DNA from: an uncultured Bacteroidales bacterium
GTDB taxonomy: Bacteria; Bacteroidota; Bacteroidia; Bacteroidales; Paludibacteraceae
Direction: 5' to 3'
DNA: 64,000 nucleotides
Assembly: GCA_902799705.1 (NCBI GenBank)
Contig: CADCBP010000002.1
Coordinates: forward strand, 28,181-92,180
A model generated the notes under the pieces. That model was not told the DNA's origin and did no database searches. It saw nothing but the letters and a program-made list of their open reading frames with translations. Both the position numbers and the translations under genes were made by a program. Numbering within the stretch: the first letter of the stretch is position 1; each line of letters starts with the position of its first letter. Shown here one piece after another: positions 53,012 through 61,871 of the stretch.

Positions 53012-56000
53012 TGAAACGTGCATTGATCATCACCGGTATCACCTTGGGTTCCTTGCTGCTGGTACTTGTTGCGGCTGTGCTCATCGTGATATACGTAGTT
53101 TTCACTCCGGCCCGATTGACACCTATCGCGCGTCAGGCTGCGGCGGAGTATATCACCTGTGAGCATGAGATAGGGGAGGTGGACCTCACGTTCTTCTCTA
53201 CCTTCCCGCGTTTTGGCTTGCGTGCCGACGGGTTGCTGTTGATCAATCCTAAAGCCGGCAGTCAGAACGATACGGTCGTGTCTGCCCCGCGATTCACGGT
53301 AACGGTGAACCTCATGGAGTTTCTGAACAACAAAAACCTGGTCATTCATGAGGCGATATTGGATGACGCATCGGTGAATTTCTTCATTGCGCCGGACGGA
53401 ACGACAAACCTCACGGATGTCTTCGTTACCTCGCCGGACACCACCGATACTACCGCTTTCTCCTTGCCTTTCGATGAGCTGCGCGTAGATGGTCTGCATA
53501 TCAAAGCCCGCGCTATCACTTTCGTCGATGCTAAGGATACCATCGAGGCCGCGTTGGGCATTACCGAACTGAGTGCGAAAGCGGAGAGTTGGGACGACAT
53601 GTTGATTGCACTGGAGGCCAGCGATGTATGTGCAAACCTCAAAGGTGATACCTATGCAGACTCCCTCCATGTGGAAATTTTGGCGCCTCTGGCGATGAAT
53701 CTTGACGACATGCGTTTTGCGGTGGATGGAGCCAGACTTGCGGTAAACGATTTTAACTTGAGACTCGAAGGAGAAGCGACTATTGGTGACAGCATTGCCT
53801 TGGATGCCAAAATCGAGACGGATAAATGGCAGATAAAGCCCCTTCTGGCACTTGTGCCGGAGAAATTCACCAAGTCGCTCTCGGACCTCGATGTGGACGG
53901 TACGGTTCAACTGGAAGCAACAGCACAAGGCTATTATGCCGATTCCGTCATGCCGCATATTCAGGCGCACCTCATCCTGAAAGACGGTGAAGGTAAATAC
54001 AAACCGCTGCCGTACGACTTGCGTGATATGAGACTGGATGCCGAGGCGGACTTGCGAATGAATAAAGGCGAGCAATCCAGCGTGACGATACGCACGCTCG
54101 AGGCGAAGACCAAGAAAAGCGCATTGACAGCCAAGGGTACAGTGGAAAACCTCTTGGGCGACATGCTGATGGATTTACATCTGACGCTGGATGCCAACCT
54201 GCCGGACTTCGCGTATTTCTATCCTGAGAAAATGACGCTTGGCGGTCGCGCGAAAGGAAAAGCTGATGCGCGGATACGCCTGGATGATCTCACGGCTATG
54301 CGTCTGGACAAAGGACGTATTGACGCGGACCTCAACCTGTCCGATATCCGCTATGCGACGGATAGCATGGAGGCGGAACTGCCGATGACGCACGCCCGTA
54401 TTCAACTGCCGAATCCCAAACCTTCCAAACCCACACTCAAATGGGCACGTATCGATATGGAGACCGATAAAGTGGATTTTACAATGGCAATGCCATTGAC
54501 CGCAGCACTCAAAGCGTCTGCTATCCAACTGGAGACCGGCAATGTGCTTTCCGAGAATCCGGTGCTCTATGCTGCCGTAGGACTGCAGTCTGACCGGCCG
54601 GTTGAAGTAGAGATGGATTCGATGGGCGGGACGGTGGATGCACCGAATCTGAAAGCATACGTGGAGTACAACACCAAGTCCGAGACAGGCTTGGAGAAGG
54701 CGCAGGCGGATATCAGTTTCGACGGACTCGACGGATTCTTCCAGGATATCAAAGCCGACCTGAAAGCATCGCAACTGAGCGCAACCATGAATGCCGGCAA
54801 GTCGCTGAAAGCCAAACTCAAAACGCAGGCACTCAATGCACAAATGGGGGAAGAATTGTTTGCGAAGACAGGTGATTTGGCGCTGGACGCCTCCGCTCGC
54901 TATAATAGCAAGGGTGAAAACGCACTCCTCAAATGGAATCCGCGTCTGAAGATCAACCTCAAGAACGGAGAAATGAATATGCCGGAACGTCTACCCGAAC
55001 CCGTCTATATACCTTCGATCGAATTCAGTTATTCGAATAGGGAGATGAATATAGCCGACGCACGGGTGGAATTGGGCAATTCGGACCTGAACCTCAAAGG
55101 GAACGTGCGCAATATAGGCAAATGGTTCCGACACAAAGCTGTTCTCGAAGGACAACTCGATATCGTCTCCGACCATTGCGATGCCAACCAACTCCTCGCG
55201 TGGTTCAGTGCCGATCAAGGCTCGGAAGAAAAATCAGAATCCTCCGAAAAATCAGAAATCACCAATCAACAATCACAAATCAACAATGACGCCGACAAGG
55301 CGTCTGACCCTTTCTTGGTTCCTACGGATGTGGACCTGGCGCTCAACACACACATGCGCGAGGTAGAGATATTCAATCAGGTGGCGAAAGACTTGAAAGG
55401 CGGGCTGTATGTCAAGGACGGCAAACTGATTCTCGATGAGATGGGCTTTGTATGCCGTGCTGCCAAACTGCAACTCACGGCGATTTATCGTACGCCGCGT
55501 AAGAACCACCTCTATCTGGGTTTCGACTACCACATGATTGATGTTGATATAGACGAACTGCTGACAATGATTCCGAACCTCGAGCAGATGGTTCCGATGC
55601 TCAGCTCTTTCAAGGGTGCAGCGCAGTTCCACTTGGCGGCAGAGACCTACCTCACCAGCCAGTACCAACCGAAGATCAGCACCCTTCGCGGCGCCGCTTC
55701 GCTTACCGGTAAAGACCTCGTAGTCATGGATAGCAAGACCTTCTCGAAAATAAGCAAACTGCTGCTCTTCAAGAAGAAGACGGAGAATAAGATCGATTCA
55801 ATCAATGCCGAACTGACTGTTTATAAGGACCAGATTGACGTCTATCCGCTCTGCGTGCAGATGGATAACTACATGGTGGCTCTCGGAGGACGGCATAAGA
55901 CGGACATGACCTTCGACTACGATATCAATGTACTCAGCCCGATTTACCTCGGCGTGCATGTAGGAGGAAACATGGACGACTTGAAGATCAAACTGGCGAA

Positions 56001-56115
56001 ATGCAAGTACGCCAAGGACTTCAAACCGCATTGGTATCAGAAAGCCGACACGCAGTCAAGGGAACTGCGTCAGTTGATCAAGCAATCGATGGAGAAGAAC
56101 GTACGTATCCAATAA
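53011..56115 (+). CDS. AsmA/TamB-like large envelope protein
   Basis: 1034 aa. An N-terminal TM anchor is followed by AsmA-type VDLTFFSTFPRFGLRADGLLLINP and a long beta-rich repetitive body. Confidence 0.7.
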   Translation: MKRALIITGITLGSLLLVLVAAVLIVIYVVFTPARLTPIARQAAAEYITCEHEIGEVDLTFFSTFPRFGLRADGLLLINPKAGSQNDTVVSAPRFTVTVNLMEFLNNKNLVIHEAILDDASVNFFIAPDGTTNLTDVFVTSPDTTDTTAFSLPFDELRVDGLHIKARAITFVDAKDTIEAALGITELSAKAESWDDMLIALEASDVCANLKGDTYADSLHVEILAPLAMNLDDMRFAVDGARLAVNDFNLRLEGEATIGDSIALDAKIETDKWQIKPLLALVPEKFTKSLSDLDVDGTVQLEATAQGYYADSVMPHIQAHLILKDGEGKYKPLPYDLRDMRLDAEADLRMNKGEQSSVTIRTLEAKTKKSALTAKGTVENLLGDMLMDLHLTLDANLPDFAYFYPEKMTLGGRAKGKADARIRLDDLTAMRLDKGRIDADLNLSDIRYATDSMEAELPMTHARIQLPNPKPSKPTLKWARIDMETDKVDFTMAMPLTAALKASAIQLETGNVLSENPVLYAAVGLQSDRPVEVEMDSMGGTVDAPNLKAYVEYNTKSETGLEKAQADISFDGLDGFFQDIKADLKASQLSATMNAGKSLKAKLKTQALNAQMGEELFAKTGDLALDASARYNSKGENALLKWNPRLKINLKNGEMNMPERLPEPVYIPSIEFSYSNREMNIADARVELGNSDLNLKGNVRNIGKWFRHKAVLEGQLDIVSDHCDANQLLAWFSADQGSEEKSESSEKSEITNQQSQINNDADKASDPFLVPTDVDLALNTHMREVEIFNQVAKDLKGGLYVKDGKLILDEMGFVCRAAKLQLTAIYRTPRKNHLYLGFDYHMIDVDIDELLTMIPNLEQMVPMLSSFKGAAQFHLAAETYLTSQYQPKISTLRGAASLTGKDLVVMDSKTFSKISKLLLFKKKTENKIDSINAELTVYKDQIDVYPLCVQMDNYMVALGGRHKTDMTFDYDINVLSPIYLGVHVGGNMDDLKIKLAKCKYAKDFKPHWYQKADTQSRELRQLIKQSMEKNVRIQ
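55228..55291. repeat. compound tandem repeat (AAAAATCAGAA x2 then AATCAnC heptamers x4-5) inside the AsmA-like gene
   Basis: gaaaaatcagaatcctcc gaaaaatcagaaatcacc aatcaac aatcaca aatcaac aatgacg read directly. It encodes EKSESSEKSEITNQQSQINND. Confidence 0.8.
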
Positions 56116-56120
56116 CCCCC

Positions 56121-56148
56121 AAATAACAAATCACAAATGACACACAAC
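56121..56148. repeat. tandem heptamer repeat AAATAAC AAATCAC AAATGAC ACACAAC
   Basis: Read directly, in the intergenic region after the AsmA-like stop. The third unit supplies the dcp ATG (56137). Confidence 0.8.
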
Positions 56149-58266
56149 AAATTATTCCTTTTAGGAATTGCTGCTATGACATTATTGGCTTGCAACCACC
56201 CCCAATCCAACCCGTTGTTGGATCAGCCGAACACCCAGTTTGGTGTACCGGCGTTTGACCAAGTGAAAATTGAGCATTACCTGCCTGCTTTTGAAGAAGC
56301 TATCAAACAGAATAAAGCGGAGGTCGATGCCATAGTGAATAACGAAGCCGAACCGACGTTCGAGAACACCATCGTGGCGCTCGACCGTTCCGGTCTGCTC
56401 TTGGACCGCGTGGTTGGCGTATTCTTTAATGTCCTCGAGGCGGACGGAAACGATGAGATGAATGAGATCGCAGAGAAAGTGAGTCCGATGCTGAGCGAAC
56501 TGAGCGACGGTATCATCCTGAATGACAAACTGTTCCAGCGTGTGAAGTTCGTCTATGAGCAGCGTGACCAGTTGGGTCTCAATCCCGAGCAGATGCGTCT
56601 GTTGACGGAGACCTACAAGAACTTTGCGGACAACGGAGCGAACCTGCCGGAGGACAAGAAAGAGCGTCTCAAAGAGATCAACCAGGAACTCGGACTGCTC
56701 TCTCTCAAGTTTGGCAACAACGTGGTGGCGGAGACCAATTCCTGCCAGCGTTTCATCACCGATGAAGCGGAACTGGCGGGGCTGCCCGAGAGCGCCAAAG
56801 CCGCTGCTGCAGAAGAAGCAGAGGCTGCCGGCCATCCGGGAGAATGGCTCTTCACGCCCAAACGTACCTCTTTCACGCCGGTGCTCCAGTACTGCGAGAA
56901 CCGCGAACTGCGCAAACAGCTTCTTATGGACTATACCACCCGCGCAAACCATGACAACGAGTTTGATAACAAAGCCGTCATCATCCGCGAGATGGAATTG
57001 CGTATCGAGCGTGCCAACTTGTTCGGTTATGACAACCCTGCCGACTATATCCTCGCAGACTGCATGGCGAAGAATCATCAGACGGTTGATACTTTCCTCC
57101 AGTCCGTTTGGGTGCCGTCTCTCGAAGCTGCCAAACGCGAAGCTGCCGAGTTACAGAAGATGATGGATGCAGAGAAAATGGCGCAAGACCCGCACACCGA
57201 TGATCAGGTTCTGCTCCAACCTTGGGACTGGTGGTTCTATGCCGAGAAACTGCGTAAGGCGAAATATGACCTCGACGAAGAGGAGATCAAACCCTATTTC
57301 GAACAATCCAATGTCCGCAAAGGTGCGTTCGGCGTAGCTACCAAACTGTATGGCCTCCAATTCGAGAAATTAGAGGACATGCCGGTGTATAACCCCGAAG
57401 TAGAGGTCTTTAAGGTCACCGAAGCGGACGGCTCGTTGGTTGGTATTCTTTACACCGATTATTTCCCGCGTGCGGGTAAGCGTCCGGGTGCATGGATGAA
57501 CCAGATCCTGCCGCAGTATATCGATGCGGAAGGCGTAGATCATCGTCCGGTAGTTATCAATGTGGGTAACTTCAACAAGCCGACTGCAGGCAATCCGTCC
57601 CTTCTCTCGATGGATGACGTAGAGACCCTCTTCCATGAGTTCGGCCATGCGCTGCACGGACTGCTGTCCAAAGCGCATTACAAATCGCTCAGCGGTACGA
57701 ATACCCCTCGCGACTTCGTGGAACTGCCTTCGCAGTTCATGGAGAACTATGCGTATGAACCGGAAGTGCTCAAGACCTATGCTTTCCATTACCAAACAGG
57801 CGAGGTGATTCCGGATGAACTGATCGAGAAAATCAATGCGGCCGGTAAGTTCAACCAGGGATTCGTGACGACGGAACTGCTCTCTGCTTCTATCCTCGAT
57901 ATGGATTTCCATGAGTTGACGACTGCGGAAGGCCTCGATGTCAATGCCTTCGAGAAACAGAGCATGGAGAAGATGGGTATGATTGATGAAATCATCGTGC
58001 GTTATCGTCCGACGTTCTACAATCATATCTTTACCACGGGTTATGAGGCTGGCTACTACAGCTATACATGGGCTGCGGTGCTCGATGCAGACGCATTCGC
58101 GGCGTTCAAGGAGACCGGAAATCTCTTCGATGCGCAGACAGCCGCTCGTTTCCGTCACTTGCTGGAGCAAGGCGGTACACGCGATGCACAGGAACTCTAC
58201 CTGGAGTTCCGCGGCAAAGAGGCAGATCCCCAAAATCTTCTGCGCCGCAAAGGATTTATAGACTGA
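56137..58266 (+). CDS. dcp: M3-family peptidyl-dipeptidase (Dcp-like), lipoprotein
   Basis: 709 aa. Lipobox TLLAC and Zn motif LFHEFGHALHGLLS. Confidence 0.9.
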   Translation: MTHNKLFLLGIAAMTLLACNHPQSNPLLDQPNTQFGVPAFDQVKIEHYLPAFEEAIKQNKAEVDAIVNNEAEPTFENTIVALDRSGLLLDRVVGVFFNVLEADGNDEMNEIAEKVSPMLSELSDGIILNDKLFQRVKFVYEQRDQLGLNPEQMRLLTETYKNFADNGANLPEDKKERLKEINQELGLLSLKFGNNVVAETNSCQRFITDEAELAGLPESAKAAAAEEAEAAGHPGEWLFTPKRTSFTPVLQYCENRELRKQLLMDYTTRANHDNEFDNKAVIIREMELRIERANLFGYDNPADYILADCMAKNHQTVDTFLQSVWVPSLEAAKREAAELQKMMDAEKMAQDPHTDDQVLLQPWDWWFYAEKLRKAKYDLDEEEIKPYFEQSNVRKGAFGVATKLYGLQFEKLEDMPVYNPEVEVFKVTEADGSLVGILYTDYFPRAGKRPGAWMNQILPQYIDAEGVDHRPVVINVGNFNKPTAGNPSLLSMDDVETLFHEFGHALHGLLSKAHYKSLSGTNTPRDFVELPSQFMENYAYEPEVLKTYAFHYQTGEVIPDELIEKINAAGKFNQGFVTTELLSASILDMDFHELTTAEGLDVNAFEKQSMEKMGMIDEIIVRYRPTFYNHIFTTGYEAGYYSYTWAAVLDADAFAAFKETGNLFDAQTAARFRHLLEQGGTRDAQELYLEFRGKEADPQNLLRRKGFID

Positions 58267-58290
58267 TTTCTGATCTCTGATTTCTGTGAA
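58263..58290. repeat. tandem heptamer repeat CTGATTT CTGATCT CTGATTT CTGTGAA
   Basis: Read directly. The first unit holds the dcp stop TGA (58264-58266) and the last unit holds the GTG start (58286) of the next ORF. TGA recurs every 7 nt, so all three frames are hit. Confidence 0.9.
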
Positions 58291-58807
58291 ACGTAGCACT
58301 CAAACACTTCTATACCATCTGTTGCCGGCAGTCTTTTGGCTGCTGGCAATAGGCGGTAGTTTGGTTCCTGCGTTGCCTTCTCTAAACACTAAACTCTCAA
58401 CACTCAACTATTATAGCGGCTATTGGGTTGCCGCCATAGTATTAATTGTTATCCTTTTTATCGGGCGTATCAAGCGTCATGCGTCATCTGTAGAGGAATG
58501 TTTCCTAATGGCCATATTCTTAGGCATCGCTTCCTATTGGCTGCCTACGGTGGTTTTTCTGACGATACCCGTTTGGGCATATCTCATCTACCAAAATCTC
58601 TTTAGCGGCCGCTCGTTTCTGGCTACTTTCCTCGGCTATGCTGTGGTAGCTATATGGGCTGCTGTATTCATATTCTTCGGATGGATAGCAAACCCTTGGG
58701 CGCATTTCTTTGCATTAGAAAACGCCCTCGGGTGGATACCCTTGGGCGCTATCTTACTGGCGTGGCTCGCTTCTACCATTGTACGACAAATCCTGCGTGC
58801 ACGTTGA
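58286..58807 (+). CDS. hypothetical multi-pass membrane protein
   Basis: 173 aa with a GTG start and about 5 hydrophobic helices. No family was recognised. Confidence 0.5.
   Translation: MKRSTQTLLYHLLPAVFWLLAIGGSLVPALPSLNTKLSTLNYYSGYWVAAIVLIVILFIGRIKRHASSVEECFLMAIFLGIASYWLPTVVFLTIPVWAYLIYQNLFSGRSFLATFLGYAVVAIWAAVFIFFGWIANPWAHFFALENALGWIPLGAILLAWLASTIVRQILRAR
58382..58409. repeat. tandem heptamer repeat CTAAACA CTAAACT CTCAACA CTCAACT inside the membrane-protein ORF
   Basis: Read directly. It encodes LNTKLSTLN in frame. Its first 13 nt equal the reverse complement of part of the 27041-27061 repeat. Confidence 0.85.
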
Positions 58808-60941
58808 TACCCGCTTGCGGGAAATACCATACGTACGTACCGTCTGTACCTCCGTTGTTCACGTATTTCGTGTTGAATAGATTATTGCACTGGCATTTGA
58901 GCGTAATGTCAGGTATATTGCTGTTCTTTATCGGAAGTGCGTATGCAAGCAGCAGGTTGGTCACCGTGTAGGCTTTTAACTGTGCGTTGGCATCTTCGTA
59001 ATTGCCGAGGTACTGGCTGCTGACCACCAGTGTTTGGATATCGGCATTGAAGCCGGCGTAGTGAAAACTAAAGGTGTTGCCTGCGGTCCAGTCCGGCGAG
59101 AAAGAGATGGTACGCCAGGTATTGCCGTCTCTCCACCGGTTACGACTCCACGTCAGGTTGCCTCTCCATGCAAACCAGGGTGTCCAATCGACACCGAACT
59201 GGAACTCAGCGCCGCACCGGTATGAGTCCTTTACGTTCGTCGTGTTCAGATAACCGACGCTGCTCACATCGCCTGTGGCTATCAACTGATTGTCGTAGTC
59301 CATGCAATAGAGGTTCAATCCGATGGTCCAAGGCATCGTGTAGCCGCTCTTGAGTACGCCCGGCGAAGAAAAACTGTATCCCAACTCATAGTCAAACAGC
59401 ACCTCCGGCTTTGGATCCTCCGGCGCCGTGTTGGTCACGAAGTTATTACGCGTCGGTTCACGATGCGCCATAGCAAAAGTGGCAGACAGACGGTGGCCCT
59501 TGTTGTCGTACGTCAGACCGGCTTTCGGGTTGAAGAAATGCCAGGTGTGATGTTTGTTAATCGGATCGCTGGCATCCAGAAAACTGGTCTCTTCGTTATC
59601 GCCCCAGATACGATAGTCCACAAGACGGTATTGTACATCGCCATAGAGGCTCAGTTTCTCACGGCCGCGGTGCAGTACGCGCCAGTTGGCTTTGGCATAG
59701 ATATTCGCGTCTGTCTTCAGACCGTGACCCTCGTAGTAAGGAATAAAACAACGTTGAACCGAGAGAGTGGTGTCTATGTTGCCGTATTGCAGACCGCGGT
59801 ATTGGTTGAAGGCGACACCCATCTGTACATCCACTTTCTCATGCACATATTTCGTGCTCAAGATACCTCCGTAGAAATGGTTACGCAAGCCTTTCTGGGT
59901 GATGTTGTCTGCCTCGTAGGTGGTCCAATCCGTAATTAACATCTCGTAAAAACCGGTTCCGTAGGTGTAGTGCGCCGTGGCGGAAAGCGTCCAGTGCATA
60001 TTGAAGCGGTGACCTACATGCAGGTGGACATGGTGTTGCTGGTAGTTGTCTGTTTGGTTGTCGTAATAGGCTATGTTGCCGTTTTTATCGATGTACTCGC
60101 CGGCGGGATTATAGCGTCGCTCGGCTTCGTTCTGACTGTAGGCATGCGCATCGTCCACGCCGTACCATGCCATATAGGTCTTCTCTTTTCCGCCAAAGGC
60201 GGTGAGGGTAACTGCTGTCTTGCTGTTCTGCCAGCCTAACTCACCCTGATAGCTGAACAGGTCTGACCAGGCGCGGTCTATGTAACCGTCAGAGTTTACT
60301 TTGGAGAATCGTCCGCCGAGATGCCATGCGCCTTTCTTGGAAGCCCTGTCACCCCAGTAACCGTCTATCTTCACCATCTCGCGGAAGGTATTGTACATAC
60401 CGCCGTTGAAGTCTATCTCGCCGCGTATGGGACCGGGATGTGCGCTCTCGGGAATAGACGCGTCCAAGGTCCGGAGGTTCACACTCGCGCCGAAACTGCT
60501 GCCGCCATTGGCGCTTGTACCGATGCCTCGCTGAACCTGCAGGCTGCTCACACCGCTCGCCATGTCCGTAAGATTGACCCAGAAGACACCTTGACTCTCC
60601 GCGTCATTCAGAGGCACCTCGTTCATCGTCATGTTGATACGTGTCTGGTCCGTTCCGCGAATATGGAAATACGTGTAACCCACGCCTATACCGTCATCGC
60701 TCGTCACCACAATCGACGGACTGGTACTCAGCAGGTACGGCAAGTTCTGACCCGTGTTATCACGGTTCAGCTCCGCATGGCTCATCTCCTGTTTGCTGTT
60801 GGTCACTTGCATAACAGGCGCACTCACTACGATCTCCTGAAGGTTAAAATCACTCGTGGACAGCGTGTCCACGTTCTCCTGCGCACTCATTTGCGCAGAT
60901 ACAACGAGCGCGAAAGCGCTCACAAAGAGAATTTTTTTCAT
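58773..60941 (-). CDS. TonB-dependent outer-membrane receptor, probable thiamine/TPP-related uptake
   Basis: Signal peptide MKKILFVSAFALVVSAQMSAQ, plug domain (NLPYLLSTSPSIVVTSD..GYTYFHIRG), a long barrel and a terminal aromatic (VVQW). Substrate is inferred only from the TPP riboswitch in the leader. Confidence 0.85.
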   Translation of the reverse strand: MKKILFVSAFALVVSAQMSAQENVDTLSTSDFNLQEIVVSAPVMQVTNSKQEMSHAELNRDNTGQNLPYLLSTSPSIVVTSDDGIGVGYTYFHIRGTDQTRINMTMNEVPLNDAESQGVFWVNLTDMASGVSSLQVQRGIGTSANGGSSFGASVNLRTLDASIPESAHPGPIRGEIDFNGGMYNTFREMVKIDGYWGDRASKKGAWHLGGRFSKVNSDGYIDRAWSDLFSYQGELGWQNSKTAVTLTAFGGKEKTYMAWYGVDDAHAYSQNEAERRYNPAGEYIDKNGNIAYYDNQTDNYQQHHVHLHVGHRFNMHWTLSATAHYTYGTGFYEMLITDWTTYEADNITQKGLRNHFYGGILSTKYVHEKVDVQMGVAFNQYRGLQYGNIDTTLSVQRCFIPYYEGHGLKTDANIYAKANWRVLHRGREKLSLYGDVQYRLVDYRIWGDNEETSFLDASDPINKHHTWHFFNPKAGLTYDNKGHRLSATFAMAHREPTRNNFVTNTAPEDPKPEVLFDYELGYSFSSPGVLKSGYTMPWTIGLNLYCMDYDNQLIATGDVSSVGYLNTTNVKDSYRCGAEFQFGVDWTPWFAWRGNLTWSRNRWRDGNTWRTISFSPDWTAGNTFSFHYAGFNADIQTLVVSSQYLGNYEDANAQLKAYTVTNLLLAYALPIKNSNIPDITLKCQCNNLFNTKYVNNGGTDGTYVWYFPQAGINVHAGFVVQW

Positions 60942-61022
60942 TTTCTTTAGCAGCATTACCTGCCCAAGTTCTACGGGTGTAATCTCAGTAATCGCTAGAG
61001 CGAAAACACCCCGAATGACAAA
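60941..61022 (-). ncRNA. TPP (THI-box) riboswitch
   Basis: The minus strand reads GUCAUUCGGGGUGUUUUCGCUCUAGCGAUUACUGAGAUUACACCCGUAGAACUUGGGCAGGUAAUGCUGCUAAAGAAAAUG. The conserved GGGGUG, CUGAGA, ACCCGUA and GGxAGGUAAUGCxxC elements are in THI-element order, and the 3' end reaches the receptor AUG. Confidence 0.85.
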
Positions 61023-61026
61023 TATA

Positions 61027-61050
61027 AAATCTTAAATCTTAAATCACCAA
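61027..61050. repeat. tandem heptamer repeat AAATCTT x2, AAATCAC, CAATG
   Basis: Read directly, in the intergenic region between the OMP stop and the riboswitch 5' end. Confidence 0.7.
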
Positions 61051-61062
61051 TGTTTCTTTCTG

Positions 61063-61824
61063 CTAGAACCTATAGCAGAAAGAAACGAACCATCCCCATT
61101 CCGCCATGTGGCGGTTGTCTAACCCTCGCGGGCGGGCAAGGTTGTTCAATCCGAAGTCATATCCGGCTTGCAGACGGTAGCGGTCCCATTCCAAACCACC
61201 GCCGAGCCCCCATTGGATATTCGCGCGGAGGAGTTCATCGGCAAAGCGGTCGTACGGACTCGTCGGAACGCCGTTGGTCTCCAGCCATGTCTGCGCTGCG
61301 GTACTCAGGTGCGTCTGCAGGTAGTCGTATTCTGCCAGACCGATATGCAACTGCGGACCGGTGTAGAAGAACAGACGTAACTGCTTCCACAGCGTAATCG
61401 TGTAGTATGCGCGCACGGGGATAGTCAGATTATGCTCCAGCACCCGATGGGTGATATACTCCGTTTGTGTCGTCTGCGGATTCATGCTGCGCCAGTGTTG
61501 CTCGTTCTTGCCGTAAGTCAGCGTGTACAGCAGACCTGTCTGCAAACTGAAATGATACGGCAGCAGGAAATCGAAGGTAGCACCTACGCGTACGCCGTGC
61601 AGGAACATATCCGGATAACTCAGGTTCCGCGTACGCTGCTGATGCTGGGCGTAGCCCACCTCCAGACGATACTCCACGCCAAACTTGTAACTCTCTTCCC
61701 GTTGTTTGGCTGTGGGGTCGAAGAAGGTGTTATCCTCTATCTGCATCGCCGGCTTGCGTACGTCATCCGCGTACGCGCTCACCCCCAACGCACCGATTAG
61801 TAGTATAAGAAAAACTCTTTTCAT
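61063..61824 (-). CDS. outer-membrane beta-barrel protein
   Basis: 253 aa. Signal peptide MKRVFLILLIGALGVSAYA, alternating beta-strand pattern, and a terminal aromatic ...FVSFCYRF. Confidence 0.65.
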   Translation of the reverse strand: MKRVFLILLIGALGVSAYADDVRKPAMQIEDNTFFDPTAKQREESYKFGVEYRLEVGYAQHQQRTRNLSYPDMFLHGVRVGATFDFLLPYHFSLQTGLLYTLTYGKNEQHWRSMNPQTTQTEYITHRVLEHNLTIPVRAYYTITLWKQLRLFFYTGPQLHIGLAEYDYLQTHLSTAAQTWLETNGVPTSPYDRFADELLRANIQWGLGGGLEWDRYRLQAGYDFGLNNLARPRGLDNRHMAEWGWFVSFCYRF

Positions 61825-61868
61825 TCTTTCATTCTTTCATTCTTTCACTCTTTCATTCTTTCACCTTA
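61821..61868. repeat. tandem octamer repeat (TCATTCTT x3, TCACTCTT, TCATTCTT, TCACCTTA)
   Basis: Read directly. It fills the pepO-stop to OMP-start junction on the minus strand. The minus strand reads as a chain of overlapping ATG/GTG-AAA-GA(A/G)-TGA mini-ORFs ending in the real ATG at 61824. Confidence 0.9.
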
Positions 61869-61871
61869 CCC

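Noticed and set aside
52756-54075. A 439-aa minus-strand ORF overlapping the lipoprotein and AsmA-like genes
   Set aside because: It has no signal, TM or motif logic. The + strand genes are tightly coupled (ATGA-type junctions) and have sensible signal/TM features.
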